Shown here in pieces: positions 1 through 9,408 of a stretch of DNA of 64,000 bases. Position 1 is the first letter of the stretch. Each line of letters opens with the position of its first letter. The translations under genes were made by a program, and so were the position numbers. Origin of the DNA: a virus (lineage: Duplodnaviria > Heunggongvirae > Uroviricota > Caudoviricetes); the IMG/VR virus record IMGVR_UViG_3300044551_000118; one strand, written 5' to 3'. A model generated the notes under the pieces. That model ran no database searches. It was not told the origin of the DNA and saw nothing but the letters and a program-made list of their open reading frames with translations.

Positions 1-1284
1 ATGGGTATCGTCATGAACGATGACAGATTCGGCAGCGTGATTGCGCGCAAGAACAGGAACGGCGACGCGGCCTCGTGGCGGGCGAAGTACCACAGTCCCA
101 TCGACGGCAGCCAGGTGACGCGCTCCTTCAGATCGAAGAGCGCGGCGTATGCTTGGCTCGATGATGAACGCGACCTCGTGCGCGATCACATCAAGGGCCG
201 GGCGGCATGGGTGCATCCGTCCGAGCGGGAGAGGCGCAAGAGGGGCGCGGACACGCTCTTGCGCGAATACGCATGGGCATGGTACCGCAGGCACGGGCGG
301 ACGCGCGACGGGCATCCGCTGGCTCCGGCCACGCTGCGCTACAAGGACCTGGCGATGCTTAGGCTCGACGCCGCGTTCGGCTCTCGCCCCCTGCGTTCCA
401 TATCGCAGCGCGACGTGGACGAATGGCTTGCCTCTCCCGGCTTCGGGGGACGAACCCCGCTGCGCACGGCCTACCTGCTGCTGCGCTCCGTCATGACGGC
501 GGCCCAGAAGGATGGCTTAATCGATCGCAACCCTTGCGAGGCGGCTGTCCCCGCCAAGCCGAAGAGCGCCAATCGGCTCATCGCGCCCGCGACCCGAGAG
601 CAGATCGCCCGCATCGAGGCGGCGATGCCGGAGTATTCGCGCATCGCCATACGGGTGGCGCTCGCGTTCGGCCTGCGGGCCGCGGAGATATGCGCGCTGA
701 GGGTACGCGACTTCGACATGGATGCCATGGTCCTTCGTCTGCGCCATTCCGTGCGCCGGGGCGAGGGGGATGTGGGGCCGCTGCGCCTGGACGGCATGAA
801 GACCGATTCGAGCCGGGAGAACATGCCTATCCCGAGCGGACTCAAGCCGGTATTGGAGGAGCATATCGCCCGGTTCTGCGATACGGCGGGCGACGCCATG
901 CTCATCCGCCCCGTGCGCTCCGCCGTACTAAGCCCGAACACGCTGCGCGCCCAGTTCGACAGGGCGCGGACGAGGGCGGGACGCCCCGACCTGCATCTGC
1001 ACACGCTTCGCGCCACGGCCATCAGCGAGGCGGTGCACCAGGGCGCCGAGCCCGCCGAGACCCAGCGCTTCGGGCGGCACGCGGATCCGCGCGTGAGCCT
1101 TCAGGCATACCAGCGCGCCCGGGGCGAGAGCCGCATGCGCGAACTGTCCGACGACGTGTACGCGAGCCTGTTCGGCCCATCGGGCCACGAGAGCGCCAAG
1201 GCGGAGCTGGAGCGCACGGTGCGGGAGGCGAAGCTGCTGAACGAGCGGATACTGCGATTGGAGCGGCAGGTGGCGCGAGGCTAG
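1..1284 (+). CDS. int: tyrosine recombinase / phage-type integrase
   Basis: 427-aa ORF. C-terminal catalytic region has HxLR-type (HTLRATAIS) and tyrosine-containing (LQAYQRA) motifs. N-terminal SAM-like core-binding region. Followed by methyltransferase and excisionase-like genes. Confidence 0.8.
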   Translation: MGIVMNDDRFGSVIARKNRNGDAASWRAKYHSPIDGSQVTRSFRSKSAAYAWLDDERDLVRDHIKGRAAWVHPSERERRKRGADTLLREYAWAWYRRHGRTRDGHPLAPATLRYKDLAMLRLDAAFGSRPLRSISQRDVDEWLASPGFGGRTPLRTAYLLLRSVMTAAQKDGLIDRNPCEAAVPAKPKSANRLIAPATREQIARIEAAMPEYSRIAIRVALAFGLRAAEICALRVRDFDMDAMVLRLRHSVRRGEGDVGPLRLDGMKTDSSRENMPIPSGLKPVLEEHIARFCDTAGDAMLIRPVRSAVLSPNTLRAQFDRARTRAGRPDLHLHTLRATAISEAVHQGAEPAETQRFGRHADPRVSLQAYQRARGESRMRELSDDVYASLFGPSGHESAKAELERTVREAKLLNERILRLERQVARG

Positions 1285-1354
1285 CGCCGCCGGATGCACA
1301 CGCGCTTGTACTTCGCCTCGCCGCCCACCATGCTCTTGGCGAGGTCATAAGGGG

Positions 1355-2227
1355 CTACGCCCCCGTTGACCGCGCCGAGCAGCTCGAACGCGGCATCGGG
1401 CGAGGGCGAGAGCATGTCCATGACATTGATTGGCGCGCCCATCGGGCCGTGATAATCGTCGGGTTGAGATTCTTCGAGTCGCAGTCGATGATGTCCGTCC
1501 CGTCGAAATACGGGTGCAGTTTCGGGTCGTATGCCACGCCGGTATGGGCGTCCCCGCCCTTGCCAATCAGTCCTGAGGGCAGATTCGTGAACCAGCGGAT
1601 GCTGTTGAGGGCGACCGCGCGACGGCCCTCCCGCTCCTTGACCAGCACCGCGTCGATGTCGAAGCCGTAGCTGTCCGGGATGCGGAAGTATGTGTGATTG
1701 TCGGCGGTGCGCCCCAGCCAGCATCGCCCTTCGACGAACGCGGGCAGCACGGCGTGGTTGAGCGTCATATTGAGGCTTCCTATCGCCAGGAACCCCTTGC
1801 GCGAGCGGTCGATCACGCGGAACCAGTCGTCCCAGAGCGAGAAGGGCGGGTTGCCCAGGACGACATCGCACTGTGAGAGCATATCCAGCGCCTCAGGGCA
1901 GTCGAACGAGCCGGAGCCGGACAGGGGGGTGGGGATGAACTCCCCGTCTTTGAGATCCCATCGCGCCCCGCCGTCCCCGCCGAAGATGGTGTCCGTATCG
2001 GGCGAGTAGCTGATGCCGGTCACAGAGCGCAGGGAGAGGCGTCCCGCATTGTCGGCGGCCCACTGCATGAACCGCGACTCCGGCCCGTCGTTGGTGTTGC
2101 ACAGGATGCGCCTGCCCGCCAGGTCGGCGTCGTAGTGCGCGAGCTCGCGGTCCACGGTCTCCCGGAGCGTGTAGTACTCGTCGCGCTTGGCGCGCTGGGA
2201 CATCAGGAGACCGGCATTTCGAGGCAT
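1355..2227 (-). CDS. DNA N6-adenine methyltransferase (NPPF motif class)
   Basis: 290-aa ORF with the motif IV-like 'VLGNPPF' catalytic loop and an AdoMet-binding-like N-terminal region. Divergent from the second MTase. High GC3. Confidence 0.65.
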   Translation of the reverse strand: MPRNAGLLMSQRAKRDEYYTLRETVDRELAHYDADLAGRRILCNTNDGPESRFMQWAADNAGRLSLRSVTGISYSPDTDTIFGGDGGARWDLKDGEFIPTPLSGSGSFDCPEALDMLSQCDVVLGNPPFSLWDDWFRVIDRSRKGFLAIGSLNMTLNHAVLPAFVEGRCWLGRTADNHTYFRIPDSYGFDIDAVLVKEREGRRAVALNSIRWFTNLPSGLIGKGGDAHTGVAYDPKLHPYFDGTDIIDCDSKNLNPTIITARWARQSMSWTCSRPRPMPRSSCSARSTGA

Positions 2228-2235
2228 GGGGATAG

Positions 2236-2252
2236 ATATGCGTCCGACGCAT
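2236..2252. promoter_or_regulatory. perfect inverted repeat TATGCGTC-c-GACGCATA in the 35-bp divergent MTase intergenic region
   Basis: Read directly from the sequence. It sits between the start codons at 2227 (minus) and 2263 (plus). It is built from the ATGCGTC/GACGCAT box that recurs across the window. Confidence 0.45.
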
Positions 2253-2262
2253 AAGAGGCTCC

Positions 2263-3042
2263 ATGCTCACTCTTGGAGACTCCTATGAAACCGTCCCCCC
2301 CTCCGGCGCCGCGCTGGTCCTGACTGATCCGCCCTACGGCACCACGCACAACGCATGGGATGACAGGCCCGACCACGCGCGCCTGTGGGCGCTGCTCGAC
2401 TCGTTCGGCTGCCCGGTCGTCTCCTTCGGGGGCTTCCGGCTCATCGCGGGGCTGGCGGGAGCGGCGGGCGATGCGTTCCGCTACGATCTGATCTGGGAGA
2501 AATCCTGGCCCGTGGGGTACCTCAACTCCGGGCGCCAACCGCTGCGCGACCATGAGACGATCGGCGTGTTCGGGCGCGAGGCCGTGCCCTACCGCCCCCA
2601 GCGCGGCGGCGAGACGCTGGCCCATCCCGTCGCCAACGTCGCCTCCTTGCTCCGGCGGGGCGACAGGAACTACGGCAAGTGCGAGAACCGCACTATATGG
2701 ATGGATGACGGCACGCGCTCCCAGTACTCGGTGCTGCACGCGGGCTACGGCCCTTATGACGCCAGACGCAACGGCTCCATGCACCCCACCGCCAAGCCCG
2801 TCGACCTGCTCCGCATGCTCATCCGCATGTACAGCGAGCCGGGCGATCTCGTCTGCGATCCGTTCGCAGGCTCCGGCTCCACCGGCGTCGCCGCGAAGCT
2901 GGAGGGCCGAAGCTTCTTCGGGGTGGAGCGCGACCCGAAGTGGTTCAAGACGGCATCATCCCGCATCGAGAGCGCGCAGCTCCAGCCGACCATCGACGGC
3001 GGGGACGAACCACTGCCGGACATGAACCGGTTCGCATCGTGA
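2263..3042 (+). CDS. DNA methyltransferase, N4/N6 beta-class (N6_N4_Mtase-like)
   Basis: Motifs 'LTDPPYG' (DPPY) near the N-terminus and 'HPTAKP' / 'DPFAGSGSTG' (AdoMet binding) near the C-terminus. This order is typical of the beta-class amino-MTases found with ParB-like or phage MTases. Confidence 0.8.
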   Translation: MLTLGDSYETVPPSGAALVLTDPPYGTTHNAWDDRPDHARLWALLDSFGCPVVSFGGFRLIAGLAGAAGDAFRYDLIWEKSWPVGYLNSGRQPLRDHETIGVFGREAVPYRPQRGGETLAHPVANVASLLRRGDRNYGKCENRTIWMDDGTRSQYSVLHAGYGPYDARRNGSMHPTAKPVDLLRMLIRMYSEPGDLVCDPFAGSGSTGVAAKLEGRSFFGVERDPKWFKTASSRIESAQLQPTIDGGDEPLPDMNRFAS

Positions 3043-3065
3043 GAGTCGTCCCCATCCCGGTCGTC

Positions 3066-3395
3066 ATGAGGCCGGACGAAGCCGCACGGAGGCTGCACTG
3101 CTCGCTCAGGCATGTCTACGACCTCGACATCCGCATGGTCAGGCCGAGCGCCCGCATCGCGTGGGTGCGCTCGGACAGGCTCAACCGGGCGTCCGGCTCG
3201 CATTTCCCCGAGGAGCGCTTCGTGAGCCACTGGCCCGCGGTCGGCGAGACGGCGGACATGCTGCATGTCTCCGCTAGCATGGTGCACCAGTGGATGAGCG
3301 ACGGGAGGCTGGAGTACCGCAAGCCGCATGCGCGGCTGGCGCTGGTCGACCCGGAGAGTGTCGTCAGGCTCGTCGGGGGAGCGGTGCGGCGCTAG
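3066..3395 (+). CDS. xis: excisionase / HTH DNA-binding protein (Xis-like)
   Basis: Begins 'MRPDEAARRLHCSLRHVYDL', a typical HTH_17 / excisionase N-terminus. Lies downstream of the integrase and MTases. An alternative in-frame GTG start at 3039 overlaps the MTase stop (GTGA). Confidence 0.55.
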   Translation: MRPDEAARRLHCSLRHVYDLDIRMVRPSARIAWVRSDRLNRASGSHFPEERFVSHWPAVGETADMLHVSASMVHQWMSDGRLEYRKPHARLALVDPESVVRLVGGAVRR

Positions 3396-3411
3396 AAAAG
3401 AACAGCAAGAA

Positions 3412-3455
3412 GCCCCCTGCGGCCCGTAATGGGCTTGCAGGGGGCTTCTCTTATA
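3412..3455. terminator. bidirectional stem-loop terminator between convergent genes
   Basis: Hairpin agaagccccctgc...gcagggggcttct followed by a T-rich stretch. Located between the excisionase (plus) and flotillin (minus) stops. Confidence 0.5.
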
Positions 3456-3469
3456 TCTGCTGTGAAATC

Positions 3470-4855
3470 TCAGCCCTGCGCGACGGCGGAGAGGCTGTCG
3501 GGACCGTTCTTGGGCCGTGCGGCGATGCCCGCGGCGCTTCCGGCGACCAGCGAGCCCATGAGGGACTTCAAGTCGATGCCCACGGCGTCGGAGAGCGCAT
3601 CGGAGAGCTGGGAGGCGGCCTTGGAGGTGTCGCCCACCAGCTTCGTCTCGTTGCCCTCGCCGTACATGGTGATGCGGTCGACCTTGGACAGCGGCTCGGA
3701 GACGGCCCGCATGATCTCGGGCAGCGCCTTGATGTACTCCTGCGCCAGGATGTAGGGGTTCGACATGGCGTTGTACGCCTCGCCCTGCGCCTTGATGCCC
3801 GCGGCCTCGCCCTCGCCCTTGGCTTGGATGGCCTCGCCGTCGGCCCTGCCCCTTACCTTGGTGGCCTCGCCCTCGGCGGCGGCCTGCACTTTGAGGGCCT
3901 CGGATGCCTTGGTGCGGGTGAACAGGTCGGCCTCAGCGGCCTGTTGGGCCGCGTACAGATCGGCGTCCGCCTGCTTCCTCACGGTGGCGTTGAGTTCCTG
4001 CTCCCTGACTGCGGCGTTCTTCTCGGCGAGCACGGCCTGGCGTTCTGCGGCTGCGATCTGCGCGTCCTGCTCGGCGACCTTGAGCTCCTTGGTTCGCGTG
4101 GCCGTCTCGGTCTGGTACACCAGATCGGCCTCGGCCTTCGCCCGGTCGGACTCCTTCTTCAGCGCGGCCTTCTTCAATGCCAGCTCGTTGTCGCGCTCCG
4201 CGACCTCCTGCTCGGCCTGGATGCGGGCGAGCTGCGCGGCCTTCTGGATGGAGACCGACTGCTCCGCGCCCATGGCTTTGATGACGCCTTCCGTATCCGC
4301 GAAGTCCTGGACATTGAACGTGACCAGCTCAAGGCCCAGATTGTTCATGTCGGATTCGCTGACATCGAAGACGGTCTGGTTGAACTTCGCGCGGTCGCGC
4401 ATGAGGTCGACCAGCTCCATGCCGCCGATCGTTTCGCGCATCTTGCCCACCAGCACCTCGGTCACGTCCGCCATCATGGCGTCGCGCTTCGCGTTGAGGT
4501 AGTTGCGGGCGGCTATCTCCTTCAGCCCGTCGGAGGTGCCGATCTGGAAGTTGGCGACGGCCTTGACGCGGATCAAAATGGCGTCCTTGGTGGGGATGAG
4601 CTCCTGGGTGACCAGCTCGCTCTGGATGGCCCCAAGCAAGAGCCTGTCGATGCGCTGGAGGAAGGGGATGATGAAGGTGCTGCCGCCGGTGATGAAGCGG
4701 CGCCTGCCCAGGCCCGTGACGACGAGCACGGCATCCGTGGGCGCGACGTGGTAGGAGGAGACGGCCAGGACGACCAGAAGGACGGCCGCGGCGCCGATGA
4801 GGATGTAGGTAAGCAAGGGATATGTCTTTCGTTTGGATGTGATGACGAAAGGCAT
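3470..4855 (-). CDS. flotillin-like SPFH/band-7 protein (YqiK-like)
   Basis: N-terminal TM helix (LLTYILIGAAAVLLVVLAV) followed by an SPFH domain and a long Ala/Glu/Lys/Gln-rich coiled coil, as in flotillins. Start chosen at MPFVITSK; the upstream in-frame extension is Arg-rich. Confidence 0.8.
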   Translation of the reverse strand: MPFVITSKRKTYPLLTYILIGAAAVLLVVLAVSSYHVAPTDAVLVVTGLGRRRFITGGSTFIIPFLQRIDRLLLGAIQSELVTQELIPTKDAILIRVKAVANFQIGTSDGLKEIAARNYLNAKRDAMMADVTEVLVGKMRETIGGMELVDLMRDRAKFNQTVFDVSESDMNNLGLELVTFNVQDFADTEGVIKAMGAEQSVSIQKAAQLARIQAEQEVAERDNELALKKAALKKESDRAKAEADLVYQTETATRTKELKVAEQDAQIAAAERQAVLAEKNAAVREQELNATVRKQADADLYAAQQAAEADLFTRTKASEALKVQAAAEGEATKVRGRADGEAIQAKGEGEAAGIKAQGEAYNAMSNPYILAQEYIKALPEIMRAVSEPLSKVDRITMYGEGNETKLVGDTSKAASQLSDALSDAVGIDLKSLMGSLVAGSAAGIAARPKNGPDSLSAVAQG

Positions 4856-4920
4856 ATATGCGCCTGCTGTTCGGCTAGGCGCGCGTCCCTGAGCATCCGC
4901 TGGACGCATATATCAGGGAT

Positions 4921-5847
4921 ATGAACAAGAAGACAGCGCTCACGCTGACCGCCATCGTCGTCGCCGCGGCCCTCGCCATCGGGGCATGGTGGATATTCCT
5001 TCGTCCGAAGGCAGCGGCCCCGAGAGCGAAGCCGAAGGCATCCGCGTCCGTCTCCGCCCCGACCGCGCCGAACGCCGACCAGATAGCCGCGCTGACCGAT
5101 ATGGCTACCCGCTTCGAGCACGCCTCGCGCGACTGGGGCGTGGATCCCAACGCGATGACGGACGTGGATGCGAACAAGCTCAAGGACGGCGCGGCGGTCG
5201 TGAGCCAGTACCGCACGCCGTCCACGCTGGACAACGGGCCGCTGGATGCTGTCTCGTCGATCGACCGCAAGGGCGTGGGCTGGGATGCTCCCAGCCCCGT
5301 GTGCGCCGACACGACTCTGGAGCCATGCCACGCCATGCCGACCATGCTTTCCTACTGGGCCAACCAGCACTGGTCGATGGGCGCGCGGCTTTCGAGCGTC
5401 GACGCGCAGGTGAGGGATGCGAGGACGGTGGAGGTCAAGGGCACGGTGCGCGTGGGGCTGTGGACCATGCCGGATGCCGACGTGACGCGCGTGTACGGCC
5501 CGCATGCCGCCTGGGGCTTCTCGCCCGCTGCGGGCGATCAGACCTTCGACGACGTGCTGACCGTGAGCGACGGCAAGGTGACGAAGCGGGAGGCGTCCGC
5601 CGCGACGGACTGGATCGCGGACCCCTACTACGGCTCATGGGCGAAGAGCGACAACCCCGCGGACGGCACCATGTCGTGGGGCAATCGCGTCCAGCCGAAC
5701 ATCCCGCTGCTGGGAGACCCCCCCTCGCTCGGACTCGACAGGCGCGACCCCGGCATGGATATGCTCAAGAGCAGCAACGATGCGTCGTCCCCCGACTGGA
5801 AGAGGATCATCGACGAGGCGAGCCATGACCTGCCGAACCACCCGTGA
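4921..5847 (+). CDS. hypothetical membrane-anchored exported protein
   Basis: N-terminal signal/anchor (TALTLTAIVVAAALAIGAWWIF) then a Pro/Ala-rich linker and a globular region. High GC3. Preceded by a GGACGCATATAT box. Confidence 0.5.
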   Translation: MNKKTALTLTAIVVAAALAIGAWWIFLRPKAAAPRAKPKASASVSAPTAPNADQIAALTDMATRFEHASRDWGVDPNAMTDVDANKLKDGAAVVSQYRTPSTLDNGPLDAVSSIDRKGVGWDAPSPVCADTTLEPCHAMPTMLSYWANQHWSMGARLSSVDAQVRDARTVEVKGTVRVGLWTMPDADVTRVYGPHAAWGFSPAAGDQTFDDVLTVSDGKVTKREASAATDWIADPYYGSWAKSDNPADGTMSWGNRVQPNIPLLGDPPSLGLDRRDPGMDMLKSSNDASSPDWKRIIDEASHDLPNHP

Positions 5848-7089
5848 TCAGCCCTTCTCGTAGCGCCAGTACTCGGTGAACTCGCTGTAGAAGCCCGGCT
5901 TCTCGATGCTCACCTCGCCGCCCTGATCACCCGGATTGCCGTCTTCGACGCCGCCGGGGTGAGCGTGGTGGGCGCCTACGGTGGCATTGTCGCCGTCGTA
6001 GAACTCCACATGCTCCTTCGGGTTCAACAGAATATCGCCTCGCTTGAGGTCTTTGGCGGGGTCGGACGGCATGTCATGACGCGCGAATCCCATCGTCGCA
6101 AGCTGCGAACCCATGCTGTAGGTCGTCCATGGCCACCCGTCACCGAGCGGGAACTTGGCTCCGTCGCGCATCGAGTACCATACGAAGCTGGAGCAGTCCA
6201 TATCGGGATTATGGACCCTTCGCTCCTGCGAATAGCCGATGGAGTCGTCGGCGGCGTACTTGTCCGCCTGCTTCATATAGGCTTCGACCTTGGCGTTGTC
6301 CGCCACCGCCCCGCCCGACGTCTCGGATCCGCACGATGCTGCGGGGGAGGCGGCGGATGCCCCCGCGCCCGCAGCCGGCGCCGCGCTGGCCGTGGCGGGG
6401 AAGCTCACGGATCCGATCTGCGCGTAGTACTGCTCCGCGGCGGTCCGGCGGGCATCCCATGTCGCGGAGATGCTCGCCGGCCGCTCCCAGCCCGCCTCCC
6501 AGGCCCCCGCGGCCACTTTGGGATCGGTGGCGGTCAGCCAGGTCGCATACAGGGAGTTGCCGGAGACCGGCAGGCCCAGCCCCGCCGCCTGGTCGATGAA
6601 GACGTTATTGAAGTCGCTCTGCGCGGTCATCGCCAGCAGCGTGGCCTGTGCGGACGGATCGGAATCCGACTTCCCTGCCAGCCCGTGCTGCGCGAACTGC
6701 GCCGCTATCTTCGAGCGGGGCGTCCACTGGGCCAGCCCGTACCCGTTATCGGGGCTGGCCGCGGTCGGGTTCATGCTCGATTCGGCCTGCAGATTGCCCA
6801 TCACGCCCGCAGTGGAGGCGCGAGTGTACCCCTTGTCCGCGAACGCCTTCGCCACCGTCAGGACGATGTCGCTCGCCGGCGCCGAGGTCGCCCCTGCGGC
6901 GGCATCGGCGACGGCACCCGGGCAGTCGGAACCCGAATCGCCCGCATTGACGACCTGGTTGCCCGCCGCGGCGGAGATGGAGGCGGACTGCCCGCCTATC
7001 GCGCCCATGCCGGAGATGACGAGCACCGCGACGACGAGCGCGGCGGCGCCTATCGCCAGCGCCTTGAGTCTGAAGAGTCTGCCCAGCAT
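5848..7089 (-). CDS. secreted two-domain peptidoglycan hydrolase (lysozyme-like N domain + Cys/His amidase-like C domain)
   Basis: N-terminal TM/signal, then a region with 'GYGLAQWT' typical of phage-tail/ICE lysozyme-like domains. C-terminal 'DCSSFVWY...H...EFY' resembles NlpC/P60 or CHAP-type papain-like amidases. Confidence 0.6.
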   Translation of the reverse strand: MLGRLFRLKALAIGAAALVVAVLVISGMGAIGGQSASISAAAGNQVVNAGDSGSDCPGAVADAAAGATSAPASDIVLTVAKAFADKGYTRASTAGVMGNLQAESSMNPTAASPDNGYGLAQWTPRSKIAAQFAQHGLAGKSDSDPSAQATLLAMTAQSDFNNVFIDQAAGLGLPVSGNSLYATWLTATDPKVAAGAWEAGWERPASISATWDARRTAAEQYYAQIGSVSFPATASAAPAAGAGASAASPAASCGSETSGGAVADNAKVEAYMKQADKYAADDSIGYSQERRVHNPDMDCSSFVWYSMRDGAKFPLGDGWPWTTYSMGSQLATMGFARHDMPSDPAKDLKRGDILLNPKEHVEFYDGDNATVGAHHAHPGGVEDGNPGDQGGEVSIEKPGFYSEFTEYWRYEKG

Positions 7090-7167
7090 GCGAAGAGGCT
7101 ATGCGCCGGGCTCACCGGGACGCATATGGCCTATGACACCTCACTATATATAAAGGAGCATCTACTA

Positions 7168-7263
7168 TGACCATCATCATCGCCATCGTCGCATTTTTCG
7201 CAGGCTCGACTCTCGGCACCGTGGCTGCGGCGCTCGCGTTCGCCGCCCGGCGCAACGACTAGA
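7168..7263 (+). CDS. possible small hydrophobic peptide (31 aa)
   Basis: ATG preceded by AAAGGAG at correct spacing and a TATATA -10-like box. Translation MTIIIAIVAFFAGSTLGTVAAALAFAARRND gives a single TM helix. Not in the ORF track because it is short. Confidence 0.25.
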
Positions 7264-7270
7264 GGGCGAC

Positions 7271-7708
7271 ATGGAATTTCTGGTCGTCCACCAGCTCATG
7301 CTGGCAATGGAGCCGCGTCAGGCGCGGCTCGTCTACGAGGGACGCAAGAGCGTGGAGCCGCGCCGCGTGACGGCGCTTTCGCCTTTCGATCGCACATACC
7401 TCTACGAGGCAGCGCCCGTCGGCATGGTCACCGGGTGCGCGGATGCCGTGCGCATCGGCTACGGCGACCCGGAAGGGTTCTGGGAGCGCTACGGCGACCT
7501 GACATGCCTGACGTATGAGGAGTTCAAGGGCCTGGTCTGCGAGAAGGACTCTGATTGGGCCTATGCGCCGGGCCGGCGCCTCGTCGGCGGCTATGTGCTC
7601 ACGAATCCGCATCGCTTCGAGACCCCGCAGCCGCTCTCGCGGTTCGGCGTCAGGTGCGCCCCGCAGAACTTCGCGTACTGCAATTCCGACGCATACGGGC
7701 TGCTATGA
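7271..7708 (+). CDS. ASCH-domain protein
   Basis: Contains the GxKxxExR signature (EGRKSVEPR) near the N-terminus, as in ASCH/PUA-like domains. The true start may be an internal Met at 7298 or 7307. Confidence 0.5.
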   Translation: MEFLVVHQLMLAMEPRQARLVYEGRKSVEPRRVTALSPFDRTYLYEAAPVGMVTGCADAVRIGYGDPEGFWERYGDLTCLTYEEFKGLVCEKDSDWAYAPGRRLVGGYVLTNPHRFETPQPLSRFGVRCAPQNFAYCNSDAYGLL

Positions 7709-8130
7709 CCGAGAACGCAAGCGAATACACGCCCACGATGGGGGGCTACGGGCTGCTCTCCAACACGCCGGACGAGGACAGGGCGACCGACATGCTGCAC
7801 GCACTGGTCATGCCGCGCACGACCGGAGGCCTGTTCGCGGCGCGCAACCGCAACAACGGCCGCCTGCTCGTCGGGCGGCGGCAGACGGGCGGCGTAGCCG
7901 AGCTGGCGCCGGATGTCGAGGAGGGCAGGGTCTACGGCATATCCTGGGTGCTCTGCAAGTACGACATGGAGCATATCGAAGAGGCGGAGCTGGGCTTCTT
8001 CGATGAACGCTGGGCGACCCGTGCTTCGAGCGCATATGGCGAGTGGTCCGGCATGGCCCCGACCGCGCTCGACGACCCGCTGCTGGAGGAGACGCTGCTT
8101 CAGGGGCTGCTCTTCATACTGGAGCTATGA
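7705..8130 (+). CDS. hypothetical protein
   Basis: Start ATG overlaps the upstream stop (ATGA), which suggests translational coupling with the ASCH gene. 141 aa with no recognisable motif. Confidence 0.45.
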   Translation: MTENASEYTPTMGGYGLLSNTPDEDRATDMLHALVMPRTTGGLFAARNRNNGRLLVGRRQTGGVAELAPDVEEGRVYGISWVLCKYDMEHIEEAELGFFDERWATRASSAYGEWSGMAPTALDDPLLEETLLQGLLFILEL

Positions 8131-8229
8131 GACGAAGCCAAAGGGCCTGAACGCCCTGTATGGCACCGTCGCTCGGCGGCATGCAACGAACATTCTAAGC
8201 TCTCCGCGCATGGACGCATATCGGCGTCC

Positions 8230-9399
8230 ATGACTGATCAACATATGCCGCCGCTGCTCCACGCGCTGGACGGAGCGGACTTCGCCAACCCCTGGATGTG
8301 GGCCGTGCTCTCGCTCGTGCTCGTGTGCTATCTCCTCGCCGCCCACGCTTGCGAGAGCACGGCAGGCAGGGTCTTCTTCGCGCTCCTCGCGCTGCCGGCC
8401 GCATGGCTGGGCTTCTGCGCCCTGGACTTCGCCTTCGCCATCTTCACGCCGAGCGGGCAGAGCGTGAACTTCTTCGCCCGCATCATCGACTGGCCGTTTC
8501 GGCTCATCGTCGGCATCGGGCTCTTCATTCTCACGCTCATGCCGCCGTGGCTCAAGAGCGAGGAGAAGAACATCTCCGCCCCCGCGAAGAAGACGCCGGC
8601 GAAAGCGGGAGGGCTGGCCTCTCTCGCCCGGCGCTACGGCATCGCCAAGGCCGCGCCCGGCGAGAGAGCCGTGCAGGGCTTCAAGTGCGTCGACCACGAT
8701 GCGGGCGGCGAGGCCACGGCGCTCTATGGCAGCTCGCAGTGGATAAATCTGGAGGACGAGCGCAGGGCGGGCCGTCTCTACGGCACTCCGGGCGTGGGTC
8801 TGGAGTCCTCTGGATTCGGCTCCGGCTCGATAGGCTCGGGCCGCCGGGGCGAGGAGACGCTCGCCTGCATGATAGCCGCAAGCCATCTCAACGTCATCGC
8901 GTTCTACTCGCTGTATGGCCGTGATGCGGCCGGCAGCCGCACGGATGCCGACATCGACTGCGTGCTGCTCGGCGCCGACCTGCAGGGCCATGCGCGCGCA
9001 TGGTTCGTGGATGCGAAGAACTACAAGGGAGGCTCCGACACGCGCTACGTGGATGCGGGCAACGGCTCGCTGGCCCGCATCTCCAAGTCCCTTCACGCCT
9101 TCGTGTCCGGCTCGAGGGGATCCGTCACGCTGCCCATGAGCGGCAACATGGCGGCGCAGCGCGCCCACTGGGAGGGCGTCCTCAGGTCCCACGTCATCGC
9201 CTCGACGTGGTGCGTGTGCATGACGCCCACCGGCGAGCACGGAGCGCCTGACGCGTCCGGCGTCGCATGGCCGGGGAGCGTCCCCGCATGGAGTGTGGAG
9301 CAGCTCGCGTCGAGCATCAGGAGCGCGGCGCTCGCGCCGGTCGACTCCATACGGGCGGCGGACATCAATCTGTTCCGGTCGGCCCTGAAAGGCGCATAG
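8230..9399 (+). CDS. membrane-anchored NERD-like (nuclease-related domain) protein
   Basis: Three N-terminal TM helices. The C-terminal region 'GRRGEETLACMIAAS...DIDCVLLGADLQGHARAWFVDAKNYKG' matches the NERD pattern (G..GE, D.D, E.K). The start codon lies inside the palindrome CATGGACGC-atatcg-GCGTCCATG. Confidence 0.5.
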   Translation: MTDQHMPPLLHALDGADFANPWMWAVLSLVLVCYLLAAHACESTAGRVFFALLALPAAWLGFCALDFAFAIFTPSGQSVNFFARIIDWPFRLIVGIGLFILTLMPPWLKSEEKNISAPAKKTPAKAGGLASLARRYGIAKAAPGERAVQGFKCVDHDAGGEATALYGSSQWINLEDERRAGRLYGTPGVGLESSGFGSGSIGSGRRGEETLACMIAASHLNVIAFYSLYGRDAAGSRTDADIDCVLLGADLQGHARAWFVDAKNYKGGSDTRYVDAGNGSLARISKSLHAFVSGSRGSVTLPMSGNMAAQRAHWEGVLRSHVIASTWCVCMTPTGEHGAPDASGVAWPGSVPAWSVEQLASSIRSAALAPVDSIRAADINLFRSALKGA

Positions 9400-9408
9400 C
9401 GCGACGGC

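Noticed and set aside
6129-6599. Arg/Pro-rich 156-aa plus-strand ORF inside the hydrolase gene
   Set aside because: It is an out-of-frame overlap with the well-supported minus-strand peptidoglycan hydrolase and has extreme Arg/Pro composition.
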